DNA of 36,618 nucleotides, taken from the NCBI GenBank assembly GCA_964555905.1, contig CAZKUI010000003.1, positions 1 through 36,618 of the forward strand, given 5' to 3'. The translations under genes and the position numbers were made by a program. The DNA is from an uncultured Candidatus Bathyarchaeia archaeon. GTDB taxonomy: Archaea; Thermoproteota; Bathyarchaeia; EX4484-135; B24-G1. Under the pieces are notes generated by a model. The model was not told the DNA's origin, searched no databases, and worked only from the letters and a program-made list of their open reading frames with translations. Below are positions 15,809 to 24,077 of this stretch, piece by piece (position 1 is the first letter of the stretch; every line of letters starts with the position of its first letter).

Positions 15809-17358
15809 AATCCTCGTATCTACTCCTAGTCGCGATTCTCCTGTTGACGCGCCTCCCCGCATTATACGGCATCCACTCCACCCCGCACGGACGGGCATCC
15901 GAGACCTACACCATGTGGACTGTAAACCTCGGGGAGGAGCACGTCATAGAAATGCAGGCGATACCGGACGTGAATGGAGACGGGGTTAAGGACCTCTTCG
16001 TGGCCTCGAGGGTGGAGAACGACAGCTACCTTTACATCATCAGCGGTCGCAACGGCTCCATCCTAAGGGAGAGCGGCCCCCTAGGGTGTAAGATTAGGGG
16101 AGCCGTCTGGGTCGGGGGGTGCGCGGCGGTCTCCGTCGTGGAGGAGATAATAGTGTACGGCCCCCAGTTTCAACAACTATATACGCTGCCTAGGTTTGTT
16201 TCTCCAACCGCTAAGCTTCAGCCCCTCCGAGGCAACCTAATCTCTCTGAGCGTGGCTGGGGAGGGTGTCTACCAGCTGGAGGCATTCCGCCCGTTGGATG
16301 GCACCCGCCTATGGGGTGTTGAGTTCGCGGGTGTTAGAGACTGCTCCTTTCTGGCTACTTCGGGGGGGTTGGTGGCTTGCGCCTTCGCCAACGAATCCGG
16401 TTGGTACGTATCCGTATTGGACATGTGGGGGCGTAGACTGGCTTTAATCCCGATTGAAGGGTCTAACATGACCGACCGTCTAACCCTAAAGTTGTACGAG
16501 GGGGCGTGCTTCCTATACACCCTAGTGGGTGACTCCGGCGTCTTCGTGGGTTGCCTCAGCCTTGAGGGGGAGATTTGGAGGGTTGCGGTGGAGAGGCACC
16601 CGGAGAACGTAGGCTTTACGATTGGGGACGCTAACATGGACGGCGTGAGGGATGTAGTCTGCGTCTACGACGGAAATGTCACCCTCCTCAGCGGGAAGAA
16701 CGGGGAGAAGCTGTACTCCACGGGGGTGAACACCCTCTACGTGGCGGACTTAGGAGCCACCAGCGAGGATGGGAGGGAGGTGGCGGTGCTAGACGCGGAA
16801 GGCTACATCCACCTACTCGCCTTCAGCCTCCTAAAAGCCACGGAATGTTGGGTGCGAGGCCCCTTCAGCTTAATGGAGATGTTAGGGGATGTAGACGGGG
16901 ATGGGTTTAGGGATATAGTGCTTTCTCGCGGCGGCTTTATTGCGTGTTATTGGGGGCACTACGACGGGGAGCCCCCGGTGTTGGAGTTGGTGGAGCCGGA
17001 GAACGCCACCTCCACATCCGCTCCATACGTAACGTTTAGGGTTAAGGCGTGGGATGGGCAGAGTGGGGTGCACCGAGTGGTCTTCGTCGTAGACGGGGTG
17101 GAACATGAAGGCGCATACAACCCCACGCACAACGTCTACGAAGTCGGCTTAACCGTGACGGACGGAACACACTGGTGGTACGCCAAGGCCATAGACAGGG
17201 CGGGCCACGAGGCGCAAACCCCGATGGCCCGCGTTACCGTGAACACGAGCCTCCTAGGCTGGCCCGGGTGGGCTGACGACATCCTATTCCTAACGGTTGC
17301 AGCCGCCGTTCTGCTGGTCGCCCTCTACACCACGCTCCGCGAGTGGGAAACCCTCTAA
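15805..17358 (+). CDS. Secreted, C-terminally membrane-anchored FG-GAP/beta-propeller repeat protein with an Ig-like domain
   Basis: Signal-like N-terminus. Repeated Ca-binding FG-GAP cores DVNGDGVKDL, DANMDGVRDVV, DVDGDGFRDIV. Many N-x-S/T sequons. C-terminal TM ILFLTVAAAVLLVALY. The ATG overlaps the mobB stop (ATGA, 15805-15808). Confidence 0.7.
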   Translation: MKSSYLLLVAILLLTRLPALYGIHSTPHGRASETYTMWTVNLGEEHVIEMQAIPDVNGDGVKDLFVASRVENDSYLYIISGRNGSILRESGPLGCKIRGAVWVGGCAAVSVVEEIIVYGPQFQQLYTLPRFVSPTAKLQPLRGNLISLSVAGEGVYQLEAFRPLDGTRLWGVEFAGVRDCSFLATSGGLVACAFANESGWYVSVLDMWGRRLALIPIEGSNMTDRLTLKLYEGACFLYTLVGDSGVFVGCLSLEGEIWRVAVERHPENVGFTIGDANMDGVRDVVCVYDGNVTLLSGKNGEKLYSTGVNTLYVADLGATSEDGREVAVLDAEGYIHLLAFSLLKATECWVRGPFSLMEMLGDVDGDGFRDIVLSRGGFIACYWGHYDGEPPVLELVEPENATSTSAPYVTFRVKAWDGQSGVHRVVFVVDGVEHEGAYNPTHNVYEVGLTVTDGTHWWYAKAIDRAGHEAQTPMARVTVNTSLLGWPGWADDILFLTVAAAVLLVALYTTLREWETL

Positions 17359-17359
17359 T

Positions 17360-18547
17360 TCACTCCTCCTTCTGCGGGTTTATGCTTGAGAACCACTCCA
17401 TGAGTACATCCTCGCTCAACCCGCCGGAGTCCCTCAGAAGCGCCGCCTCCACCTCCTCCACGAACTCCCTAGAAAGCCCATCCGGCAGGGTGACATTCTC
17501 GTCTATCAGGTCTATGGGGAGGGGTAGACCAGTAGCCGGATTATGAACGCTCACGAGGTATGGGAGAACTACGCCTAAATCCACGCCAGCGGGAACCTCA
17601 AGGCAGAAGGGCGGGGCCTCGCAGCAGCGGATGAAATATCTCATTAACGTCGGGAGGTCTTCTGGCGCGCACGCTAGGTTCTTCCTAAAAATCACCTTCT
17701 CATAGTCGATAACCCAGCGATTCCATAGGTAATCTAGGCTATACTCTTCATACTCTTCATATACCCTCCTCAGGATGGAGTAGCGTAGGCAGTCAAGCCA
17801 AGTGGCGCCTTCGCCCAGCAGGTCCTCATAGGAAAACCAAGTCCTCGGGGGCATGAGTAGGGTTAGTATCATCTTATCATTTTGGCCTACGCAATGCTTC
17901 TCTCCTAAGTTTTTGAGTATCCAACCGTCTATAGCGGCTATTCTCACCCTCTTCGCTACTCCGACGCATCTCCCCGACTTAGCCAGCGTTGTGGTGAGGT
18001 CTCGCACACGCTTCACTAAATCCTCACCCCTACTGAACCCTTCAACCCCCACCATCCTGTCCATGATTTCGCTGCATCTCGCCCTGAATCCGTAGAAGTT
18101 TCCGTCTATGAGTACTAGGTCTACATCCTCCTCCTTCAGGCATCGGAGGGCGGCTTCCCTCTCAAGCTTCACGCAGAGGAGGCTCAGGATTATGTTCGTT
18201 ATTCTGGGTTCCCCAACTTGGTCCTCCGTCAGCCACTCGCACTTGTAGTTCTCTTCTACCAGCTGGTCGCCCTCAAATACCATGTATCCGGCGGCGTAGA
18301 TTCCAGCCCTTATGCCAGCCCTCTCCCTCGCCGGCAGCCACGACCCGTCTACGCTGGCCACCCTAAGCTCCCCGCACTCCCCCTCTATGGGCCTGAACTT
18401 CAGTATGCCCTTCAGCCTTCGGATGGCATCCACCTGGCGCTTAATCCTCTCCCTGCACCTCTTAGCCGCCTCCTCCGCGTGCGCGAAGAACTGATGCTGG
18501 AGGACGATGGGCAGCTTAGACCATTCGGACGCCTCCTCCACAACCAT
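17360..18547 (-). CDS. nurA: NurA-domain nuclease (HerA partner)
   Basis: NurA-like motifs VASVDGS, LEREAAL, LVLIDGNF, VGVAKRV. The in-frame ATG at 18547..18545 shares one base with the HerA stop TGA (18549..18547) and is preceded by GGGGAGGGTGG. The ORF is also open to ATG 18607. Confidence 0.7.
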   Translation of the reverse strand: MVVEEASEWSKLPIVLQHQFFAHAEEAAKRCRERIKRQVDAIRRLKGILKFRPIEGECGELRVASVDGSWLPARERAGIRAGIYAAGYMVFEGDQLVEENYKCEWLTEDQVGEPRITNIILSLLCVKLEREAALRCLKEEDVDLVLIDGNFYGFRARCSEIMDRMVGVEGFSRGEDLVKRVRDLTTTLAKSGRCVGVAKRVRIAAIDGWILKNLGEKHCVGQNDKMILTLLMPPRTWFSYEDLLGEGATWLDCLRYSILRRVYEEYEEYSLDYLWNRWVIDYEKVIFRKNLACAPEDLPTLMRYFIRCCEAPPFCLEVPAGVDLGVVLPYLVSVHNPATGLPLPIDLIDENVTLPDGLSREFVEEVEAALLRDSGGLSEDVLMEWFSSINPQKEE

Positions 18548-20025
18548 CAGCCACCCTCCCCAGGCCTGAAGGATATCAGTAGGGGGACGGGGGCGGGATT
18601 CATGCACCCTAGGAAGTAGAAGTGGCCCGTTGGGAGCTTGGTGAGGAAGTCCACGTCCACCCCTTGGTTGCCGAGGAGGTTTTCAGCCTCCATCCTATCT
18701 AGGGGGTGAATGCGGCCTATGAGGAGCGTGTTGAGGTTACGCCTCACAGCCGCGTTTATGCCTATCTCACCGGCCATACCCTGAGAGATGAGCGTGATGC
18801 AAAGCTTGTACGCCCTCCCGATGGCGCACAAATCCTTAATGACCTCCGTGGTTTCAACCTCTAAGCCTGAGGGCCTGTAGGGGCAGTACTGCGGGGCCTC
18901 ATCCACGATGAGGGCTAGGTTCAGCTCCCGCTTCTCCCTCTCTATGAGCCTGCGTAGATACCTAGCAATTGTGAGGAATAGGGAGAGCTTCGTCTCCTTC
19001 TCGCCGCCGCTGAGGTCTATCACGCAGACCCGGCTCTCCCGAACCCTCTTAAGTAGGTCTTCAGGCGTCATCTCCCCCTTGATTACGCTTAGGTCCTCCT
19101 CGGTGAGCCTCTGGAGGCCCCTCCTAAACTGCTTCTGGTATCGGGCGACCTCCCCCTCCCTCACCTCGCCCCCCTCCACCATCTCCTCAAACACCTCATC
19201 GCAAAGCTCACCCATGCCGCGCCGGAACTCCCCAATGCTCTTTAGGTGGCGCCTCCACGGCTTCTCGTATATGATGTCGGTGAGGGCGAGGTAGGGCTTG
19301 CTTGAACGCCTATACGCGCCCCCATACCGGAAGTACTCCATCTTTGAGGCGAGGTACTCCACTATGGCGGCGTTGTCCAGAAGTAGGTCTCCGAGGTGCA
19401 CCACCTTGTCCCTGAAGGGTGGATGCGACGCGTAGTCGTATCCCTTCCAGTCGAAGATGATGACGTTATACCCCGTCTTCAGTAGCATGGGTACCACGCG
19501 GTACTTAGCCAAGTAGCTCTTCCCGCACCCGGTGACCCCGAATATGCCTATGTGCTGCGGTATGAATTTCGGGTCTACGGGGACGAGCCAGCCCTCCATA
19601 TCCTTATAATGCCCGATGAAGGGGATTTCACCATCCCAGTCGATCTCCTTCTTGAGGTACTCCATTGGGTTGTCTTCTTCTTCAAATATGTAGACGGGTG
19701 AACCCGGGGCTATCACCATCTTGTTCTGGGTGAATCCGTCCGTCACGTCTGCGATGACGGAGAGCCTAAAGTTGAAGTGTTGCTTTGCGTCGGATGGGCT
19801 CCTACCCCGCCTGACATACGCCAAACTGGGCCTGTAGACGCCTGAAACCTTCAGGTTTTCATCCACCCCATAGCCCTTTCTGCAGACGGCTAAAACCCTG
19901 TTCCCGCACTTATTCTCTATGAGAACCAAATCCTCTATTTTAACGAGGCTCTCCTCGCCCTCAGCCAGTATAACCCTAGCGTCCGTCTCGGTGGAGCCGC
20001 TGGCTATTACACCAATCTTTCGCAT
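18547..20025 (-). CDS. herA: HerA-family (FtsK/HerA superfamily) hexameric ATPase/helicase
   Basis: 492 aa. N-terminal barrel-like region (IGVIASGSTETDARVIL...VLIENKCGNRVLAV), Walker A GIFGVTGCGKS, Walker B LALIVDEAPQY, C-terminal GHFYFLG. Confidence 0.85.
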   Translation of the reverse strand: MRKIGVIASGSTETDARVILAEGEESLVKIEDLVLIENKCGNRVLAVCRKGYGVDENLKVSGVYRPSLAYVRRGRSPSDAKQHFNFRLSVIADVTDGFTQNKMVIAPGSPVYIFEEEDNPMEYLKKEIDWDGEIPFIGHYKDMEGWLVPVDPKFIPQHIGIFGVTGCGKSYLAKYRVVPMLLKTGYNVIIFDWKGYDYASHPPFRDKVVHLGDLLLDNAAIVEYLASKMEYFRYGGAYRRSSKPYLALTDIIYEKPWRRHLKSIGEFRRGMGELCDEVFEEMVEGGEVREGEVARYQKQFRRGLQRLTEEDLSVIKGEMTPEDLLKRVRESRVCVIDLSGGEKETKLSLFLTIARYLRRLIEREKRELNLALIVDEAPQYCPYRPSGLEVETTEVIKDLCAIGRAYKLCITLISQGMAGEIGINAAVRRNLNTLLIGRIHPLDRMEAENLLGNQGVDVDFLTKLPTGHFYFLGCMNPAPVPLLISFRPGEGG

Positions 20026-20159
20026 GCTCTCACGCCTAAGATTATGTGGTTACACCAAACAAATTTCCCTTGCGGTATCGCCGAATAGGAGATAAAGGGC
20101 GTCTACGCCGTCTCGGTTCACGCCCAAAAACGAACTCGTCAGCGCCGTGCCCAGTTACC

Positions 20160-21188
20160 TTAATAAAAGTAGGTGATCACCTTCGGCTCCCTCAGCCTCA
20201 GGTACCTCCCGTCTACGCTGGCCATGCACACCCCATTGAGGGGGCACCTCCCACGGCATCTGTAGCTTGAGTTCTCTTGGAGGGTGCAGGAGCGCTCCTT
20301 GCATTCGTTCTCCCCGCATGGGGGTTGCACGTACTTGCAGCAGCTCCTCCCTAGGTGCCAGAACGTTTGGTCCACTCGGGTTGCGTCCCAGTTTAGGTTT
20401 TCTCCGACGATTTTGTAGGCTTCTAGGCACGCTTTCCTCACCTCCATGTGCTCCCCCTCGGAGACGAACCTCCCGTAGAGGAGCTTTCTCCGCAGACCCT
20501 CGTCTACGACCTCGACCATGCCCGTTCTGAGGGCGACGCGCTGAAGGTGGTAATCAACCCCAACGGTTATGTTCCACGGGTCCCTCGGCGTGAACAACCC
20601 CTCCATCTGGAGTAGCATCGCAAAGACCATGGACTTCTTGGCTAGGGGGTCGCTGTACGCCCTAAATTCCCTCAGCCTGTCCACTAAGCCGCCTGACCCC
20701 CCAACATAACCCCCGCACTCCTCTAGGAGCTTCCCCACGCACCCACCATAGCGAAGCCGCAGAACCTCGGCGGCGTCCCTGAGCAGCGCCACCCTCTCCA
20801 TAGGCCTCCTCGGCGGCGTCCCACCGACGAACCAACCCATGAACTCGCTTAGGGTGAGGTTTGCCATACGCTCCGCCCCGAAGGCGTCCGGATTGTTCTC
20901 GGCTACGACCCTCATGGCGTGGTATAGATATTGGCTCCCCCTGTATTGCTTGTCATCCACGAACCCCCGCATGCCTCTGGTGTCGTGGTTTATCGCCATG
21001 TAGTAGAAGAGGAGGCGTAGGGCTGGCTCCCTGCCTCCCAACCTGCTCACATCCACGGTCTTAATATAGCGTATGCGGATTCCCCTAACGGCGCTGGCGA
21101 CTCCTCGGCATAATTCCTCACGAACTTCTACGCGTCCATGCATACCGGGAGTAGCGTGTGGGGCTAGTCTAATAAGCATATTCATCAC
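20160..21188 (-). CDS. HhH-GPD-superfamily-like (EndoIII / DUF2419-QNG1-like) putative glycosylase with a double Cys-cluster C-terminus
   Basis: VGVDYHLQRVALRTGMV resembles the EndoIII VDTHVxRVxxRLG helix. It is followed by FWHLGRSCC and C-x6-C-x4-C-x4-C, then C-x9-C-x3-C-x5-C (20226-20342). Minus-strand TATA-like GCAAAAATTCTTACC lies about 25-30 nt upstream of the ATG. The CDS is solid; the function is tentative. Confidence 0.6.
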   Translation of the reverse strand: MMNMLIRLAPHATPGMHGRVEVREELCRGVASAVRGIRIRYIKTVDVSRLGGREPALRLLFYYMAINHDTRGMRGFVDDKQYRGSQYLYHAMRVVAENNPDAFGAERMANLTLSEFMGWFVGGTPPRRPMERVALLRDAAEVLRLRYGGCVGKLLEECGGYVGGSGGLVDRLREFRAYSDPLAKKSMVFAMLLQMEGLFTPRDPWNITVGVDYHLQRVALRTGMVEVVDEGLRRKLLYGRFVSEGEHMEVRKACLEAYKIVGENLNWDATRVDQTFWHLGRSCCKYVQPPCGENECKERSCTLQENSSYRCRGRCPLNGVCMASVDGRYLRLREPKVITYFY

Positions 21189-21283
21189 CTACTTTTGGTA
21201 AGAATTTTTGCTCCTCCTCATCAAAAGTAAGGATTTTTCGTTAGCTTTGGTTAAATAGGCGTATTCTCCATTATAGACCGCCG

Positions 21284-22708
21284 ATGAATCACCACGAAAA
21301 AAGCTTTGTAGTAGCATCTCTATCCGTTTTCCTCGTATCCCTCGCCACCGCATCCCCCATGGTTGTGCGTGCGGGTGGCGTAGGCGGGGGTATGGACGGT
21401 GCACCATGCGTCTACCTGCTGGTAAACTCCACCATCTACCCACCGCTGAAACCTTATTTGGAGAGGTGGGTGGATGATGTGGAATTAGAGGGCTTTAACG
21501 TTCTCTTAAGGGTAGTAGATGATGGAGACGTTCAGGAGATTAGAAGGCTGTTACGGGAAACCCCGAACCTAGTTGGAGCCTTACTGGTGGGGGAACTCCC
21601 AACTCCGTGGTTTGAGGCTCAGGAGCTGTGGGGCGAGTACGCCACGTACACCAACTACCCATGCCCCCTATACTACATGGACTTAGACGGCGAGTGGGGG
21701 GACAGAAACGGGAATGGACTCCTTGATTCCCACGATGGAGATGTAAAGCCCGAAATCTGGATCGGCATACTCAAACCACCCGCCGACCCATTAGATGAGC
21801 AGGTTGAGCTACTGAAGGAGTACTTCAACAGAAACCACCTCTACCGAGTTGGGGGCTACGCCCTCCCAAACAGGGCTATCCTCTACGTAGACGACGAGTT
21901 CATCAACTACTCGGGATACGAAAGTCAAGCGATGGCTGAGGCGTTTTCGGATATCACCGTGGTGACCGAGCCAGAGGGCACCAACGCAGAGGATTATATT
22001 CGGCGTATATTGCAGGGCTGGTGCCTAATACAAGTGGATGCGCACGGAGACCCCCACCAGCAACTCTTCCATTCCAGCGGATGGTCACGCGTAAGTTCCG
22101 AGGATATTCAGAGGGCGAACCCAAAGGCACCTTTCTTCGTAATTTACTCGTGCAGCTCGGGGAGGTATGCTGAGCTGGACTACATAGCAGGGTGGTACGT
22201 TTTCTCCGACTACGGGCTGGCGGCTGTGGCGTCTACAAAGGACTGGGCTGGGTTACTAATGGCCGAAGAGTTCTACCGCCACCTAAACCAGAGCGTGGGG
22301 GAGGCTGTTCTGAGGTGGGCTCAGTATGCGGCGGTGCGGCTGGAGCCGAAGTACTACCACGGCATAGTAATCATCGGTGACCCCCTCCTTAGGCTCGTGG
22401 AGATGGGCGTGGACACGGATGGAGACGCCCTAACCGACGTCTACGAAATGAGCGTTGGGCTGAACCCCAACAGCCGGGACACGGATGGGGACGGCGTCTC
22501 AGACTACAAGGAGGCTCTATCTGCGGAACTACCCAAAACAAGAGCGAACCCCGCGGGTGGAGGGGCACGGTGGCATCAAATCTTCCTCATGGGGCTACCC
22601 GCCCACTATACATTGACGCTCTTTAGCCTCGCAACTCTACTAATCACCGCCGCTCCCTTAATCATCCGCTCATCCCGAGAGAAGCATCCATGGTGTAGAC
22701 ATCGATGA
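21284..22708 (+). CDS. Secreted membrane-anchored clan-CD-like (gingipain/C25-like) cysteine peptidase homolog with thrombospondin-type-3 Ca-binding repeats
   Basis: Signal peptide (SLSVFLVSLATASP). A His-Gly after a hydrophobic strand (LIQVDAHGDP) and a Ser-Cys after a hydrophobic strand (FFVIYSCSSG) form a caspase-fold dyad pattern. DTDGDALTDVYE and DTDGDGVSDYKE repeats. C-terminal TM. TATA GGTTAAATAGG about 30 nt upstream. Confidence 0.55.
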   Translation: MNHHEKSFVVASLSVFLVSLATASPMVVRAGGVGGGMDGAPCVYLLVNSTIYPPLKPYLERWVDDVELEGFNVLLRVVDDGDVQEIRRLLRETPNLVGALLVGELPTPWFEAQELWGEYATYTNYPCPLYYMDLDGEWGDRNGNGLLDSHDGDVKPEIWIGILKPPADPLDEQVELLKEYFNRNHLYRVGGYALPNRAILYVDDEFINYSGYESQAMAEAFSDITVVTEPEGTNAEDYIRRILQGWCLIQVDAHGDPHQQLFHSSGWSRVSSEDIQRANPKAPFFVIYSCSSGRYAELDYIAGWYVFSDYGLAAVASTKDWAGLLMAEEFYRHLNQSVGEAVLRWAQYAAVRLEPKYYHGIVIIGDPLLRLVEMGVDTDGDALTDVYEMSVGLNPNSRDTDGDGVSDYKEALSAELPKTRANPAGGGARWHQIFLMGLPAHYTLTLFSLATLLITAAPLIIRSSREKHPWCRHR

Positions 22709-22870
22709 CGCACCCACCCGTCAAGGGGGATGAGTAGGAAGACCCGGCGGCCATCTTCGGTGGAATACCGCCAACTTAAAATACTCAACAACCCTCCACT
22801 CCTTTTGATTTACCATGCGGGTTCTCGTTGAGAACGCCGTGAAGTACGCTCTCGGAGGGGAGGCGGACTC

Positions 22871-24022
22871 ATGAAGCTATCGAGCATGATTATGAACCTG
22901 AGGGAGTCCGCGACGCTGAAGATGCTGGAGAGGGCGAAGAGGCTGGAAAGGGAGGGCGTCGAGGTAGTATACCTGAACATAGGGGAGCCGGACTTCGACA
23001 CCCCCCAGCACATAAAGGAGGCCGCGTATGAGGCGATGAAGTCCGGCTACACGCACTACACGACGAGCCGGGGGATACCCGAGCTGAGGGAGGCGATAGC
23101 GGAGAAGCTGAGAACGGAAAACAACCTAGACGTGAGCGCAGACAACATCCTCGTAACGCCCGGAGCCAAACAGGCAATCTTGGAGGCGGTCCTCGCTCTA
23201 GTGGATAGGGGCGATGAGGTTCTGATGCCGGTCCCGGCGTGGGTAAGCTTCGAGGAGATGGTAACCATGGCCGGCGGGGTCGTAAAGAGGGTGAAGACGA
23301 CGGATGAATACAAGATAGACCCAGAAGCCCTAAATGAGAGCGTAGGGGATAAAACCAAGCTGATAATTCTGAACTCCCCAAACAACCCAACGGGCGCCGT
23401 CTACAGCAGGAGCGACTTAGAGAAGGTGGCTGAAATCGCGATGGATAACGAAATTTACGTTATATCCGACGAAATATACGAGAAGATAATTTATGAGGGC
23501 GAGCACTTCAGCATAGGCTCCATTCCCGGCATGGAAGAACTAACAATAACCATAAATGGTTTTTCAAAATCCTACGCCATGACGGGGTGGAGGCTCGGAT
23601 ACGCAGCCGGCCCCGAGGATGTAATATCCGCGATGAACAAGATCCAGCAGAACTCGGTTACGTGCGCAGCCGCCTTCGTGCAGAAGGCCGGCGTCGCCGC
23701 CCTTAAATCCCCTCAGGGTTTCACCGAGGAGATGGTGAATGAGTTTAGGAGGAGAAGAAGGTTTCTGGTGGATGAGCTGTCTAAAATTGAAGTCGTGGAC
23801 GTTCGGATGCCTGAGGGAGCGTTCTACGTGTTTCCGGACATATCAAAGACGGGGATGAACTCCATGGAGTTCACGGACTTCCTCCTAGAGAAGGCTGGAG
23901 TTGTGGTTGCGCCCGGGAGGGCTTTCGGGGGCTACGACGCCAACATAAGGATATCGTACGCCACCTCGCTTGAGAACCTAGAGAAAGCAGTTGAGAGGAT
24001 GAAGGAGGCGTTAAGCTCGTAG
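22871..24022 (+). CDS. Class I pyridoxal-phosphate aminotransferase (aspartate aminotransferase-like)
   Basis: IGEPDFDTP, NSPNNPTG and the PLP-lysine motif FSKSYAMTGWRLGY. 383 aa, full length. Confidence 0.9.
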   Translation: MKLSSMIMNLRESATLKMLERAKRLEREGVEVVYLNIGEPDFDTPQHIKEAAYEAMKSGYTHYTTSRGIPELREAIAEKLRTENNLDVSADNILVTPGAKQAILEAVLALVDRGDEVLMPVPAWVSFEEMVTMAGGVVKRVKTTDEYKIDPEALNESVGDKTKLIILNSPNNPTGAVYSRSDLEKVAEIAMDNEIYVISDEIYEKIIYEGEHFSIGSIPGMEELTITINGFSKSYAMTGWRLGYAAGPEDVISAMNKIQQNSVTCAAAFVQKAGVAALKSPQGFTEEMVNEFRRRRRFLVDELSKIEVVDVRMPEGAFYVFPDISKTGMNSMEFTDFLLEKAGVVVAPGRAFGGYDANIRISYATSLENLEKAVERMKEALSS

Positions 24023-24077
24023 ACGGGGCCGCCGGCCTGTCTACGGTTTCGTCCGATACTGGTGGGTTAAAACCCGC

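Noticed and set aside
18344-18360. Exact 17-nt repeat CCCGTCTACGCTGGCCA, also present at 20208-20224
   Set aside because: Both copies are in-frame coding sequence for A-S-V-D-G on the minus strand (NurA VASVDGS and the glycosylase-like protein MASVDGR). Both contain the over-represented GTCTACG word. Explained by shared peptide plus word bias, not a repeat element.
20046-20270. 74-aa plus-strand ORF in the herA upstream spacer
   Set aside because: It runs antisense into the 3' end of the glycosylase-like gene, is basic and low-complexity, and has no promoter-like element in the right position.
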